From the NCBI GenBank assembly GCA_010405405.1, contig MU004233.1, forward strand, positions 695,122-759,121: DNA of 64,000 nucleotides, read 5' to 3'. The notes beneath the pieces were generated by a model. It had not been told where the DNA came from. It worked only from the letters and a program-made list of their open reading frames with translations, and made no database searches. A program made the translations under genes and the position numbers. This document shows, piece by piece, positions 63,889 through 64,000 of the stretch (position 1 is its first letter; every line of letters begins with the position of its first letter). Source of the stretch: Microthyrium microscopicum (Eukaryota).

Positions 63889-64000
63889 CTAGAGAAGTGT
63901 TAGTTTGGATGTTGGATTGGGTAGAAAGCGGTATCGCCACTGAGCGGAATGCTAGTGTCCCATGGATTTCGATGCGGCCATTGTTTGTACATATGCCATT

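Overview
Filamentous ascomycete (fungal) genomic DNA in two sharply separated compartments. (1) 1-29351 is a very AT-rich block mutated by repeat-induced point mutation (RIP): TpA excess, CpA/TpG almost absent, no intact genes, and a 60-N gap at 22452-22511. Reading it by hand and reverting C>T/G>A changes reveals three dead genes or elements: a UPF1/DNA2-like superfamily-1 helicase (+, ~3.8-5.8 kb, all motifs in one frame), a Plavaka-type transposase (+, ~6.5-10.2 kb) and the gag-protease-RT half of a Ty3/gypsy LTR retrotransposon (-, 22781-29351). The gypsy RT is cut exactly at a 13-mer resembling a RIP-mutated CACTA terminus with ~110-bp subterminal repeats. This suggests a giant (>22.8 kb) Plavaka/CACTA-like element carrying helicase cargo, nested in the gypsy. 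The gypsy itself appears to have truncated a HET-domain gene. (2) 29349-64000 is ordinary intron-containing gene space: HET protein, a small membrane protein, COQ1, VMA12, a secreted App1-like phosphatase, a POT peptide transporter, a ~550-bp MITE, an MFS permease, an aquaglyceroporin with an unusual NLAKD motif, an XPG/Yen1-like nuclease, a RED-like protein, a ~3,100-aa Ser-rich protein with two chitin-binding CBM18 modules, and the 3' exon of an RCR-family gene missed by the ORF track. All calls come from manual motif recognition; no database searches were run.
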